DNA of 64,000 nucleotides from Saprolegnia diclina VS20 (Eukaryota): NCBI RefSeq assembly GCF_000281045.1, contig NW_008246069.1, positions 887,627 to 951,626 of the forward strand, read 5' to 3'. Shown piece by piece: positions 34,843 to 46,600 of this stretch (position 1 is its first letter; each line of letters starts with the position of its first letter). The notes under the pieces were generated by a model. It saw only the letters and a program-made list of their open reading frames with translations, ran no database searches and was not told where the DNA came from. The position numbers and the translations under genes were made by a program.

Positions 34843-36151
34843 ATGGCCGACGCATGGGACCCGACGCCGGCCGAGAAGGTGTACACGTGGACGCTCATCG
34901 TGATGTGTCTGAGCCTCATGCTCTTCCTCCTCGTGAAGCTCGGGCATGGCTTCCGCAACAAGAGCAAGAAGCTGTCGTGGGCCACATGCTTTGACTGCAT
35001 TTGCCTCCTCTGGACCATCGTCCGCGTCAGCTTTTGGATGTCGCTCGAGCTCCGCGACCACATGACGTACCTCGAGCTCTACCTCCTGTACTGGTTCCCG
35101 ACGCCGATCCAGTTTGCCAACTTTGCGCTCCTTGTGCTCTTCTACATCCAGGTCATCACTGGCTCGGCATGGCACTCGACGTGGCGCAACGTGTGCGTGC
35201 CTTTGTACCTCTTTATGACGCTCTGCATGGCCGCGTTCACTGCGATCTGGGCCTTTACGTCCAACTCGAGCCTCGAAGACGCGTTCAAGTACGGCGACCA
35301 GTACGACCAGGAGATGTACAAGATCTCGGCGGTCAAGACGCAGCTCGAGTACTCGTCGATCTCATTCTTCCTCCTCTCGTTCCTCTTTGCCTTCTTTGGG
35401 TGGAAGCTCGCGCATGTGCGCGACTCGACGCGCCACCGCCTCCTCATCTCCAAGCCACGGGTATACATGATGCACGGTGTTCCTTGCCTCATGCATCGTA
35501 GAGCGTTGCGATCTTCAACTCGCTCCTCTTCGTCATCTTCTTTACGCGCTCGATGCGGGATCTCGCAACGTCCCAGAACTGGCTGCGCTTTAGCGTCCTC
35601 AATCCCGTCGACCAGTTTGGCCAGATCACGAGCTTTTCGTATTTCATTCTGTTTGTCGTGTGGGACTTCCTGCCTACCGTGCTGCTGCTGCTCCTCGTCT
35701 CGACCGAAGCAGGCGGCGTCGGCCGTACGCGCCACGTGCTGTCTCTAAGGTCTCATGGCGCTTGGGTAGCGCCGCGCCACAACAAGGCCCACGACCGGCA
35801 ACTACCAGACTTTGGCATCTTCCAGGTCATCAAGACGGGCCATGTGGCCGAACGCGTTTCGTCCGAGACGTCGCACCTCGCGGCGAGCCCGAAGCGAGAG
35901 TACGGCGCCCGCACAACGCCCATCAACGTAGCCGACCAGCAAAAGTAAAGACTCTCCATGTATACACTGGCTAACACGACTGGTGTAGGTCGCGCTGGAC
36001 ACGGGGTGGCGACTTGTTTCAGGACCCACTGCGGTACGACTCGGACGACGGGAATGGCGCGACGCCCACGTACGTCAACAGCCTGAACAGCGAGAGCTCT
36101 CTCTCGGCCACGAGCTCGTACGACCGCGCGTCGAGCTACACGCCGCTATAA
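34843..36151 (+). CDS. THH1/TOM1/TOM3 (GPR137-like) multi-pass membrane protein
   Basis: About seven hydrophobic segments, with LYWFPTPIQFANFALLVLFY and VWDFLPT. Introns near 35461-35501, 35725-35769 and 35945-35988. Confidence 0.7.
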
Positions 36152-36511
36152 TTTTAAAACCAGTACAAACCGCGAGACGACCTGTGCAAATAAGCCATGG
36201 CGTTCGTTGCCACAACGTCGACATGGTCTTATAGTCTTATACCATGGTTGAGGGTCCGAAGACAAAGTCTTATACGGGCAGAAAGACCGGGGTCTAGTGC
36301 AATTGGTCTTATCGAGCAACATGAAGGCTGGGCTGTAGCCTGCGGCGAAGCTGGCAGGACGGCACAAAGTTATAGGACAAGCTATAGCTTTCCTTTGTGG
36401 GTGTTTGATTCAAATAGCCGGGAGCGCCGGATAAAGATGTGCTGCGGTTGTTGAAGGCGCACGAGATTGGCTTGTTTTGGCCAATGACGACAGCCCCATC
36501 AGTCTTCCACA

Positions 36512-38333
36512 ATGGCACGGGGAGAGAGCGCGCCGCTCGTGGCGCCGTCGACGCCCAAAGACGAGTTCCGTCATCTCTTGCTCCTCGCGCTGCCTCTGGT
36601 ACGCATCCTTGCATGTATGTGCCGTCATGAGACTCGACAGATCGTCTCGCAAGTGCTCGAGTACCTGCCCAACGTCGTCAACGGCATGCTTACGGGGCAT
36701 CTGGGTGCGTCAGCAGCGTTTGGCTACAGGTCGACTCAATGTCACTGCAGACACGACCAGTGCGAGCGAAGCGCGGCTGCTCCTTTCGGCGAACGGCCTC
36801 AGCGGTCTCTACTTTACTGTGTTCATTTACAGCGCCGCCATCGGCGTCGGCACGGCGCTTGACGGCCTCTGCGCACAAGCCTACGGCAAAGGCGCCATCG
36901 ACGAGATTGGCGTCCTGCTTCAAACGGCCTGCATGGCGTCGTCGGCGCTCGTGTTGCCGCTCATTGCACTCTGCATGTTTTCCAGCCATCTTTTGCTCGC
37001 CTTGGGCCAGCCCCTCGATGTACACGCTGATCCATAGAGATGTGCTTTGCCTCTATGTATGTAGGTGGCGCTGGCGACGCAAGCGTACACGCGTCTCATG
37101 GCCATCGCGATTCCCTTTGTCTTTGGCTACGAGATCCTCAAGCGCATCCTGCAGGGCCAGAATGCTGTTTTGCCGATTGCCTCTGCCTTTTTCGGGGCCA
37201 ATATTGTCAACGGCGTCGTGTCCTACGGCTTGCTCTACCATACGTCGATGGTTGGCCGGGCTCTTCTTTTCACGAGGCGTCAGCGCCAGTTAGGGCTACA
37301 CGGGGTGTGCACTCGCGTTTCCTTGCATGTATGCGGCGGGCGGCGCGCTCTTGTACCCCAAGGTTCTCATCCTGTATCTTTGCTTGCGATCGAACGATCT
37401 TGTGTAGGTCGCGCAGCTGCAGCATTTGCAAGAGAGTACGTGGTGCTGGCAAAGTGCGTGGCAGCGCATGCCTCTCTTCCTTCTCCGGAGGTAATTCTGG
37501 TGCAATTCTACAGGCGAAAGCGGAGCCATATTTCCTTGCTGTAGCTTTTACGGCTGGGCGATGTTTGTGTTTGAGCTTGCGGGCGTCTCGATCTCGTCGT
37601 TCTTGGCCGGTGGGCTCCCGAATGCGACAGCCGCGATCACGGCCACGTCCATCTACATGGGGTTTCGCATGATCTTTTCCATGGTGTACCTCGGTCTTGG
37701 TATCGCCGTGTACGTCCGATGACCTAGAGTACACTCTCTAATCGTCACGTAGCTCGATTCGGGTCGGAAACGCGCTTGGTGCTCATCAACCACAGCGCGC
37801 CAAGACGGCGGCGTGGCAAACGCTCTACATGAGCGTCGTCTGGGCCATCCTCTCAGGGCTCGCCATGGTTCTTGTCGGGGGCTACTACGCCGAGCTCTAC
37901 ACGCATGACGCTGCTGTCTTGAGGTATTTGCCTCCAGCTCATATTGCGTGTTGCATGAGCCATTCGATGCTAGTCTTGTGAACGAGCTCTTGTGGGCGAC
38001 GGCGCCACTGCAAGGAACGATGGCGATCTGGGGCGTCGTGCAAGGGGTCTTTCGAGGCAGCGGTACGGGACTCCTTGTGCTCGAGGATGCAACTCGATCG
38101 GACGGGTTGTAGGCACGCCGCACGAAGGCGCGACGCTCAACTTGATTGGTTTCTTCTTGCTTGGCCTTCCGCTCGGCTATGTGCTGGCGTTCCATGGTGG
38201 CTTTGGCGTGCTCGGTCTCTGGCTCGGCGTCTACGCCGGCTTTGGCGTCTGTGCGGCCTACGGCCTCTACTGGCTCATTACGGTGCAGTGGGAAAGCTTG
38301 GTGGCCAAGGTTGACGACACGCTCGGTGTCTAA
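36512..38333 (+). CDS. MATE family efflux transporter, paralog 1
   Basis: GTALDGLCAQAYG, ILQGQN, SIRVGNALGA and NLIGFFLLGLPLGYVLAF...GVLGLWLG. Many short introns. Confidence 0.9.
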
Positions 38334-38830
38334 GGGAGATGCCTGAGAGAGTCCACTGGAAGCATGACCAGGTTCAACAAGTTGAAGTGTTGTATGCGCT
38401 GTTGAAAGCTGGTGTCGCAGCATGTCCCTCCCGTTTGGCAACGACGCTCGCTTATCGCACAGTGCATCTGGGGACTTTGGACTAATTGTCGACACGGCAT
38501 TCTCTGCTGGGCTACTAGTACTCGATCGGAGGTGTCATCACCAATGGTCTGTTGCCTGGGCAGTGCTGTGAGTGTTCAGGGTGATCACGGTCTCGAATGT
38601 GATTAGGATGTCTTCGCACAACTTTATAGTCCAAGCACGGTCTGGTGTCGAGCAGCGCACTTAGATGTGGTGCGAGGACTGAGCAAAGCTGAAGCAGCTA
38701 CCGTAGAAGGCGCAAACCATCTGATTTGCCATTACACACGGCAATCTGGTCATTCCAATCTGAGCACGCATCCATTGCGGTCATCATCATTCGCCCGCTT
38801 GCATCGTCTCGAGCGCACCGATCCGCCGTG

Positions 38831-40652
38831 ATGACCAAGAGCTTCGAGACAGACCCGCTCGTAGCGCCTACTGGCGGCGCTAGCAACGAGCTCCGCGTGA
38901 TTCTCGCGCTCTCCGGACCTCTGGTGCGCACCTCTCGCCTTGTCCTTGCGTCTCATGGCGGCGTAGGTTGCGATTCAGCTGCTCGAAGTACTCCCAAGCT
39001 CCGTCAACGGCATGCTCACGGGCCACCTCGGTACGCCAACATACCTGTCTACGCGCCGTTCGATCATGGTTTTGTTACGTCTCTAGCGACGCAAGACTCG
39101 GAGTCGCAGCTTTTCCTGGCCGCGATTGGCCTCGGTGGGCTCTTCTTTACAGTGTTTGTCTACAGTGTTGCGATTGGTGTGAGCACGGCCATGGACGCGC
39201 TCTGCTCGCAAGCGTACGGCAAAGGGTCGCTCCACGAGCTCGGGTATATCTTCCAAACGGGTCTGCTCTGCGCGAGCATGTTGTACCTACCGCTGTCGCT
39301 GCTCTGCACCTTCTCAGCCGGGATTCTCCAGTACCTCGGCCAGTCGTACGAGGTATTTCGAGCACTTTTTGTATATATATTTTAACAATGAGGGTAGATT
39401 GCGCTGGCAGCGCAACACCTCACGCGCTACATGGTGCTCGGCATTCCGTTTGTCTTTGGCTACGAATTCCTCAAGCGCGTGCTCCAAGGGCAAACGATTT
39501 TGTACCCGATTTTGGCTGCAATTACGCTTGCCAATGTTGTCAACGGTCTCGTGTCGTACACGCTCATGTACCACACGCCCTTGGTATTCCACTTGTTCTA
39601 CTTTTGTTTTGGACGATTACGTTTTTGGGGATTAGGGTTACGCGGGCTCGGCGTTCTCCGCGGCCTTTCTCAACGCCGCAGGCTGCGCCGTCATGTTGCA
39701 CAAGGTGAGACAGCTCGAGCCATGGCACTCGCACTTTGAGTGGAGCTGGACCGAGGCCTGGCGCCGACTACCGCACTTTGCGTCCCTGAGGTATTCATAT
39801 CGACGCGAAATTGTTCTCGATCAAGTCGTTTGTCTAGTGCCAACGGGGTCGGGATGGTGCTCTTTGAGCTTGTGGGCATGGCGGTTCCTTCCTTTCTGGC
39901 GGGCCGACTGCCGTCGCCGGCGGTGGCGATGAGCGCCAACACCATCTACATGGCCTTTCGCTACCTCTTTACCATGGTGTACCTTGGTATTAGCTTTGCA
40001 GCGTACGTCTGCAGTCATTTGTGCTCGCGTGCTCAATTGCTGCTGACTGCACGTAGCGGAATTCGTGTCGGCAACGCCCTTGGACGGGGCGATGCGGTCT
40101 CGGCCAAGAACGCCGCCACGTACAGCATCCAGCTCTCTGTCGCGTGGGCGCTGGTGGCGACGGTCGCCATGATGGGTCTCGGACCCTATTACGCGCTCGG
40201 CTACACGTCCGACAAGGCCATTCTGAGGTGCGATGGCCTTTGATAGCGACGCTCACGACGACTTGGTTAGCACGGCGAACGATCTCTTTTGGTACACGGG
40301 GCCAGCACAGATGGCGATTGGCATTTGGGGAACCGTCCAAGGCCTCTTTCGCGGCATGGGTACGCACGACCGAAGAACATGACGCGCGGATGTCACTGCG
40401 TTTCATTTAGGGCACCCGCACCAAGGAGCGATCCTCAACTTTATTGGGTTCGTGCTTGTCGGCATTCCGCTCGGCTATTACCTTGGTTTTGTGTGCGGCT
40501 GGGGTGTCGTTGGGCTTTGGCTCGGCTGCTACACGGGCTTTACGCTCTGTGCGATCTACGGTCTCTACTGGTTCTGCACTGTCGACTGGGAGCGCATGGT
40601 GCATGAGGTCGAGAGCACCTTTCACCAAACGGCAACGGCCGACGCCTACTAA
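38831..40652 (+). CDS. MATE family efflux transporter, paralog 2
   Basis: STAMDALCSQAYG, VLQGQ, IRVGNALGRG and GIPLGYYLGF...GVVGLWLG. Exon layout is similar to paralog 1. Confidence 0.9.
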
Positions 40653-40852
40653 CGCGAAACGAAATAGACTCGAGTGTCTTTGCCGACTAGCTACCGAGAT
40701 GAACACGAGGTGGCATGAGACTCTTCGTGATATGCAAAAAGAGGCGGCCGGGGGAAACAAGCGTTGAGTTCTGGAGAGAAGCCCTGTCTGCCCGATGGAC
40801 TGCACGGAAGCCGTACGCCCCACACGTAGTATTTCCTGTACAATTGCGCCGG

Positions 40853-41159
40853 TGATGAACCAAAATCGACTGTTTGATTCGAGTTAACGTCGCGACATTG
40901 ATTGGTGAGCGCTCTACGGGCGGAGGCCGCAACAAATCTGCTCGGGGTGCCAGAAGCAGTTCTGGCAAATCTCTTCGTTGCCGTTGCCACGCAAGGCCGG
41001 GTTGGCGCCGCCGCCTTGGACTGCGTCGGACTCGGCAGCGAGGGTCGCGCAGGCAAACGCGGCGATGGCGAGGAGCAAGAAGCGGAACTGCATGGTTGTC
41101 GTGGGGGGTACAAGCAAATTGAATTGTGAGCGCTGGGAACAGCAATGGGCTTGAGTAGC
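40853..41159 (-). repeat. Left arm of a 307-bp inverted repeat (partner 42632-42938)
   Basis: The reverse complement matches 42632-42938 with only a handful of substitutions, and similarity ends abruptly at both edges. Confidence 0.95.
40914..41093 (-). CDS. Small secreted Cys-rich prepropeptide, 59 aa (copy 1)
   Basis: MQFRFLLLAIAAFACATLA signal, G/A/N-rich pro-segment with LRG, and core ICQNCFWHPEQICCGLRP. Confidence 0.85.
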   Translation of the reverse strand: MQFRFLLLAIAAFACATLAAESDAVQGGGANPALRGNGNEEICQNCFWHPEQICCGLRP

Positions 41160-41762
41160 GCGCAGGAAAGGCGGCAGTGCACACTGGTACACGTGCTGCT
41201 GCAAAGTATCTCGGCACACCGGACGCCATGGCGTGCTGCGACGAAACAGATCCGGCACCCATCGCCAACTGGCGCGTACTCTGTCTGCACTCGACCCGCC
41301 GACCTCGAATTCGCTCACCTCGTTCCTCACGTAGTCCCGAGCCGCGACCACACGCCCTCCGCTTGACGTACTGGCCATGCATTAGGAAGTCCGCCATCTT
41401 CATCTTTTTTATTGCATGTTATATAGTCATTTCAACAACAATACGATATGTACTCGGCACGTCTCGTCGAATGAATTCAACCCACCAGGATGGATCTTCC
41501 ATCCCAGTGGCACTGAGCTCTCGCTCGTAAGCCTCCACGTCCTTTCGCCACCCAACGTTAACACCACTAGGTTGATGCATGCTTGTACAGTATATATACT
41601 ATCTACCACATGCCTAGTTGAGCTAAATGGAATGCACAGATCCGATTGAAGATGCACTGGGGGTTCCAAGGACCTGTTGTTTTCGGCATCTTGAATATGG
41701 AGCGCCGAAAATAAATTTTCATGGGCGGCATATGTTTGCCGATTTTACCAATTGGCTTGAAG

Positions 41763-42338
41763 ATGCAAGGTCTCGGTCGCCGGCATCTGAGCTCGACGGC
41801 CGCACCGTGGTTCAAGGATGGCCTCGCCTTTAGTTGCACCAAATGCGGCAACTGCTGCTCTGGTCCGTCTGGCTCAGTGCGCTTCAACGACGACGAAGCT
41901 GCCACGATGGCTGCCAAGGTCGGCGAGACGCTCCCGGCCTTTCTCGACAAGTACGCGCGCCGACAAGGCCGCGGCAACCTCTCGTTCTACCAGCTCAAGG
42001 AAGTGCGCAAGAACAAGGACGACGGCTTCGACTGCATCTTCCTCGACCGCAAAAAGATTCGCGGCAAGGCCGTCTGCAGCCTCTACGACGCGCGGCCGAC
42101 GCAGTGCAGGACGTGGCCCTTCTGGCCCGAGACGCTCGAGTCCCGAGCGACGTGGGAAAAGACAAAGGACTCGTGCCCGGGTATCAACAAGGGCACAAAA
42201 CAATCGACAGACGACGTCTCGGCCAAGGTCGCAGCGACAATCGCGTGGCGCCGTAGCCTCCAGTACAAGGCGCCACTCAAGCGTGCGAACCGCGCTGCTC
42301 CAGCAGTAGCAGTTGATAGCAACGTCACATCTGAGTAG
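41763..42338 (+). CDS. YkgJ family CxxCxxCC (putative Zn/Fe-S chelating) protein with a possible mitochondrial presequence; intronless
   Basis: FSCTKCGNCC, CIFLD, CSLYDARPTQCRTWPFW and CPG. N-terminus MQGLGRRHLSSTAA. Confidence 0.88.
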   Translation: MQGLGRRHLSSTAAPWFKDGLAFSCTKCGNCCSGPSGSVRFNDDEAATMAAKVGETLPAFLDKYARRQGRGNLSFYQLKEVRKNKDDGFDCIFLDRKKIRGKAVCSLYDARPTQCRTWPFWPETLESRATWEKTKDSCPGINKGTKQSTDDVSAKVAATIAWRRSLQYKAPLKRANRAAPAVAVDSNVTSE

Positions 42339-42631
42339 ATACGATCGTCGTCCATTGCAGCAGAGAATAGATAGAGAGTCCACCGAGGCGATTTTGTAAT
42401 GATAACAGGCTAGGTTCAATTCCCACTCTAGCACGCAGCTCGTTGGGCAACGGCAACCAACGAAGTACGCTGCACAACTACCTACCTATTCAACAGCTGT
42501 CATCTGATTTGAGCGGGTATAGTGGCGAAGGTTTAGGACTGCGAAACCGTGGAGTGCGGGAAGTGGATGCTAGGTTGAATGTATCAGCACGCGAGGCCTG
42601 GTCGGAACCCGAATGATGTCTACATACTGAG

Positions 42632-42938
42632 GCTACTCAAGCCCATTGCTGTTCCCAGCGCTCACAATTCAATTTGCTTGTACCCCCCACAACAACCATG
42701 CAGTTCCGCTTCTTGCTCCTCGCCATCGCCGCGTTTGCCTGCGCGACCCTCGCTGCCGAATCCGACGCAGTCCAAAGCGGCGTCGCCAACCCGGCCTTGC
42801 GTGGCAACGGCAACGAAGAGATCTGCCAGAACTGCTTCTGGCACCCCGAGCAGATTTGCTGCGGCCTCCGCCCGTAGAGCGCTCACCAATCAATGTCGCG
42901 ACGTTAACTCGAATCAAACAGTCGATTTTGGTTCATCA
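42632..42938 (+). repeat. Right arm of the 307-bp inverted repeat
   Basis: Partner of 40853-41159. Contains an INR-like GCTCACAATTCAATTTGC (42660-42677), the peptide CDS and the 3' hairpin. Confidence 0.95.
42698..42877 (+). CDS. Small secreted Cys-rich prepropeptide, 59 aa (copy 2)
   Basis: Same as copy 1 except QSGVANP versus QGGGANP, plus three synonymous differences. Confidence 0.85.
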   Translation: MQFRFLLLAIAAFACATLAAESDAVQSGVANPALRGNGNEEICQNCFWHPEQICCGLRP

Positions 42939-43680
42939 AAGGTGTACTAGTAGTGTACATGCTCCAGTTGTACGAGATAGACATGCTGGGGCTGTGAGAG
43001 TGTATAGTCGACCCGCAAGGTGCTGCTACAGCATAGTCGGTAGGAAGGTCTGGGCCAAAGGCAGGGTCTCGCTTCGACCAAGATACCATGCCCATCAAAG
43101 AAGAGCCTCCCATTGGTGGGCAGGATGGGAAGGCACGATGTGTGGATTTAGATTAGCTACATTAATGTTTAATATTATACCAATAAATCACGCAACTATT
43201 ATTCAATGGCACCAATTTTTGCAGCCATGGCCCAAGCAAACGTGCATTGAGCATGCAGGACCCTCTGCACAGCCCCAGTTCACAACGTTACGTACGGACG
43301 TTGCAGCTACAAAAGGTATGAAACCCGCGTATGCAGTCGCCTCGTATCGACCTTCGCGCTCGGCAGTTGCTGCGCTAGCCGAGCAGAAGCAGTGCAGCAG
43401 CACAACGCTGGTGTAGTGTGATGTGCCCATCTACCATACTGGCCGTCGCCGACTTGATGGTCCACACCGACCTGCACGACAGTCCCACGTGCATATACGC
43501 GTTGTCGTGGTACGTCAAGTGTTAGATTATCCCTTTGGTGTGTCTAACGCGCTGTTATAACGCGATGAATATAAAGTATGAGAGGGTGTCGAATGGGTTG
43601 CTAGAGGTGCGTGAAGTGAGGCCAGAATCCATAGAGAAACCCAATGAGAGATCTTTCCGCAATAGAAATTTCCAGTCGGG

Positions 43681-46600
43681 ATGAACAGCGCCGAGAGCGA
43701 CATGGCGCGGCCGCTGCCGACGGACCTCCTCGACCCCCTCGACAAGATGACCTCGGAGACGCGGTCCCAGCGCCTCATGGTACCCTTCCTGCCCCATCTC
43801 CCTCATGCTCACCTCCTCCATGCAGACGGAGCTGGCCGCGCTCTCGGCCGACCGCGATCATGTGATCTCGATGGAGTCGCTTACGTACCTCAGTGCCATG
43901 GGCCGCGTCGAAGCGATCAAGCTAGCAGTGGAGAAGCCTCTGGCCGACGCCCCGACCAAGGGGACCGACCGCGTCTCGGCGGACGCGGCCCGGCGGCAGC
44001 GCGTCGAGGAGCTCACGCGCTTCTTCATGGAAGCCAAGTCGGACATTGAGTTTGCGCTGAGCGGAGGCCTGGGGCGCCGCGAGCGTGCGCGACAAGACCA
44101 AATCGACTCGGACGGCAAGTCGGACGAGGAGAAGAGCGATGCATCGATGCAGGAGGCGAGCATGGACGACGCCACGCCCGACAGTGTGACCGACGAGGCG
44201 CCGCCCTCGGCCGAGCGCACGCATTTTCAGCTCCTCTCAGACCCGATCGACGCGCGGGTGTTTCACCCGCTCTTGCTCTCGATCCGCGACTCGGACCCGC
44301 TCTTGTACGGTACGATGTTGTGCCATCCCCTCGTGGCGGTGCACGACCCGCGACGCGAGAAGCAGCAGAAGGTGCAGCTTCCATCCAAAACAAAGAAGAA
44401 GAAGCAGAAGAACGACATTCCCGCAATGTACCAGCCCGACTTTGCGGCGCCGCTGCTCACCGACGACGAGGCGACCGTGCACGTCGCGCGCTTTGTGGCC
44501 CGCGCGTTGGCCGACGGCACGATTCCGGCGCTTCTGCTTGCAGCCCAAGTTGTGTTGTCGTTTGACCTGAGCAAGCAATACCCGCTTGTGTCGCACCTCA
44601 AGGTCCTGCGCGGCGAAGCCGCTCCGGGGGAATCAGCGCCAGCCGTGCCCAAGGTACAGCCCAAGAAGCCGCTTGTGCCGAGCTCCGACGTTGTCTTGGA
44701 CACGGCCGACTTTATGAGCAGCGTCATGGAGCTCGAAGGAACTATGGGGCCACTTGCGGCGCTCCGGTCGCGCTTGGGGCGACTCGAAGATAGCATGGAC
44801 GAAGACATGGACGCGATGAGCAACAGTAGTAGCAGCCAGCTGCCTCTCGAAGAAGTCGCCGACGAAGAAGCGCTCATGGCCCGGGCGATCGCACTCTCGT
44901 TGTCGCCCGAGCTGCAGGTGAAGGACGCCGACGCGATCGAGTCCACGGTCGATATGGACACGTTGTTGTCGGAGAATGCGCCAAAGGCCTTGCCGACAGC
45001 ATACAGCCCCGATGAGCTCACGGCGTTTGCCATCTTTGATCTTTCGTCCGCAAGCGATGCCGCTGTCGCCGGTAGTGTCGTGCTGCAGTATCTCTGGACT
45101 GGCGTTCACGTCATCTGCCGCGAGTACGTTGAGCTCGCCGAGACCAAGCGCACCGTGTCCTCGAGCAACCCGATCGTACCCAACCCGCTCGCGTTTCTCT
45201 TGCTGCAGTCGATGCTCGCCCGGGTCGGAGCGCATGTCGACGTCTCGGACCGCGACGCGTTGGTGTTCACGTCGGGGGGCCTCGTGCTTTTGCATGCGCT
45301 TGATGCGTACCTCTTTCATGTGCATGTCATGGGCATTGCGCCGGCGTCCGTGGGCCTTGGCCAGTCATCGACGAACGCGAACCCGTTGCCACTGGCGCTC
45401 AAGAACGTACTTTTGCACTACATGGCGGGTCTTGAAGGTCCCGACGCGCCTCTCGACCCGATCGTGTTTACCGACGCCTCGGCGTCGCTATCAGCGTCTG
45501 TTGCACGGTACCGAGCGTGCCTTCCAGCGCAGGCGCGTGTGACGTGGGCCCGCGGCATTGCGCACTTTTATCCGACGCATAGCGAGCGCCACGCGCTACT
45601 ACATTCGCTTCTTGAGCAGCTCCCACAGTCGCACGCACAAGTCGATTTGCTTTGTACCCGTCTCGCAATCCCGGACCTTGCGCTCGGGTTTGTACCTGTG
45701 CTGCACGAAGAGTACAGTGCCGAGACGAGCCCGCGAACGCTTCTGGACGACGATGCACTCGTAAGCTCCAAGCTTTGCATCTGGCCGCCGTCACTCGTGC
45801 GTGAGTCGCTCGAAGCGAATACGTGCCGTTCATCAAGCATTATGGACTTTTTGCTGACGGTTGCACCGGGTTTGTTTGACGTGACGACCACGAGAGACGC
45901 GTCGCTGGACACGGTCATGAGCATGTACGCGCAAGCTTTTGAGAGCCAAGCCGATGCGCTCAAGCAGACGTGGTCGCATCTGCTGCCGACCATGCAGAAG
46001 CTCACAGACTACGTCGCCAACGAGCCCGAGTTCCGCATGGTCGCGTTGCCGACACCGGCGTTTTCGTCTACGACGGTGCCACATCTCGGTAAGGCGCCCA
46101 ACGCGCGCCTCCAGCTGCTCCGCGCGCTCCAAGATGGCCTTCTTGCGTCGTTGCATGGCTCGATAGCGGGTGACGAGCCGACGCGTCTCGAATTTGATGG
46201 TGCGCGCTGTGCCGACACGCTTACACTTGTGGACGGCCAATCAAGCGCGAAGCAACACACGGCCAAACAATGGGGTATGGTGCTTTCGACGTACGGCTGC
46301 GCACCGAATACGGGCCTTCATGAGTGGGCCGTACGTCTCGATCGGTGCGAGAAGGGCCACGTCTTTCTTGGTGTGAGTACTCGAGAAGCGTCGGTCGCGA
46401 CGTACGTGGGAGGTGACCGTCACGGCTGGGGCTTGATTGGCACGCGCGCGCTGTGGCACAACCGGTCCAAGGTCCGTGGTGACTATGGCGACGGCTTCAG
46501 CACCGGCAGTGTCGTGCGCATCCGACTCAACACGGACACGGGCGCGCTTAGCTTTGGCCTCCTCGACGACGACTCGGACTGGGGCATTGCGTTTGATGGC

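Noticed and set aside
42790..42820. RxLR-dEER effector motif in the peptide (PALRGNGNEE)
   Set aside because: It lacks the first Arg. LRG is a common motif in stramenopile pro-regions, so it is not called an RxLR effector.
40853..42938. DNA transposon with terminal inverted repeats
   Set aside because: No transposase or target-site duplication is visible, and the arms are complete peptide genes rather than TIRs.
27254..42938. RiPP-type biosynthetic cluster (peptide, Fe-S protein, methyltransferases, MATE)
   Set aside because: The predicted compartments conflict (ER-targeted peptide, mitochondrial-like YkgJ, cytosolic methyltransferases) and unrelated housekeeping genes intervene. It is kept only as a low-score hypothesis.
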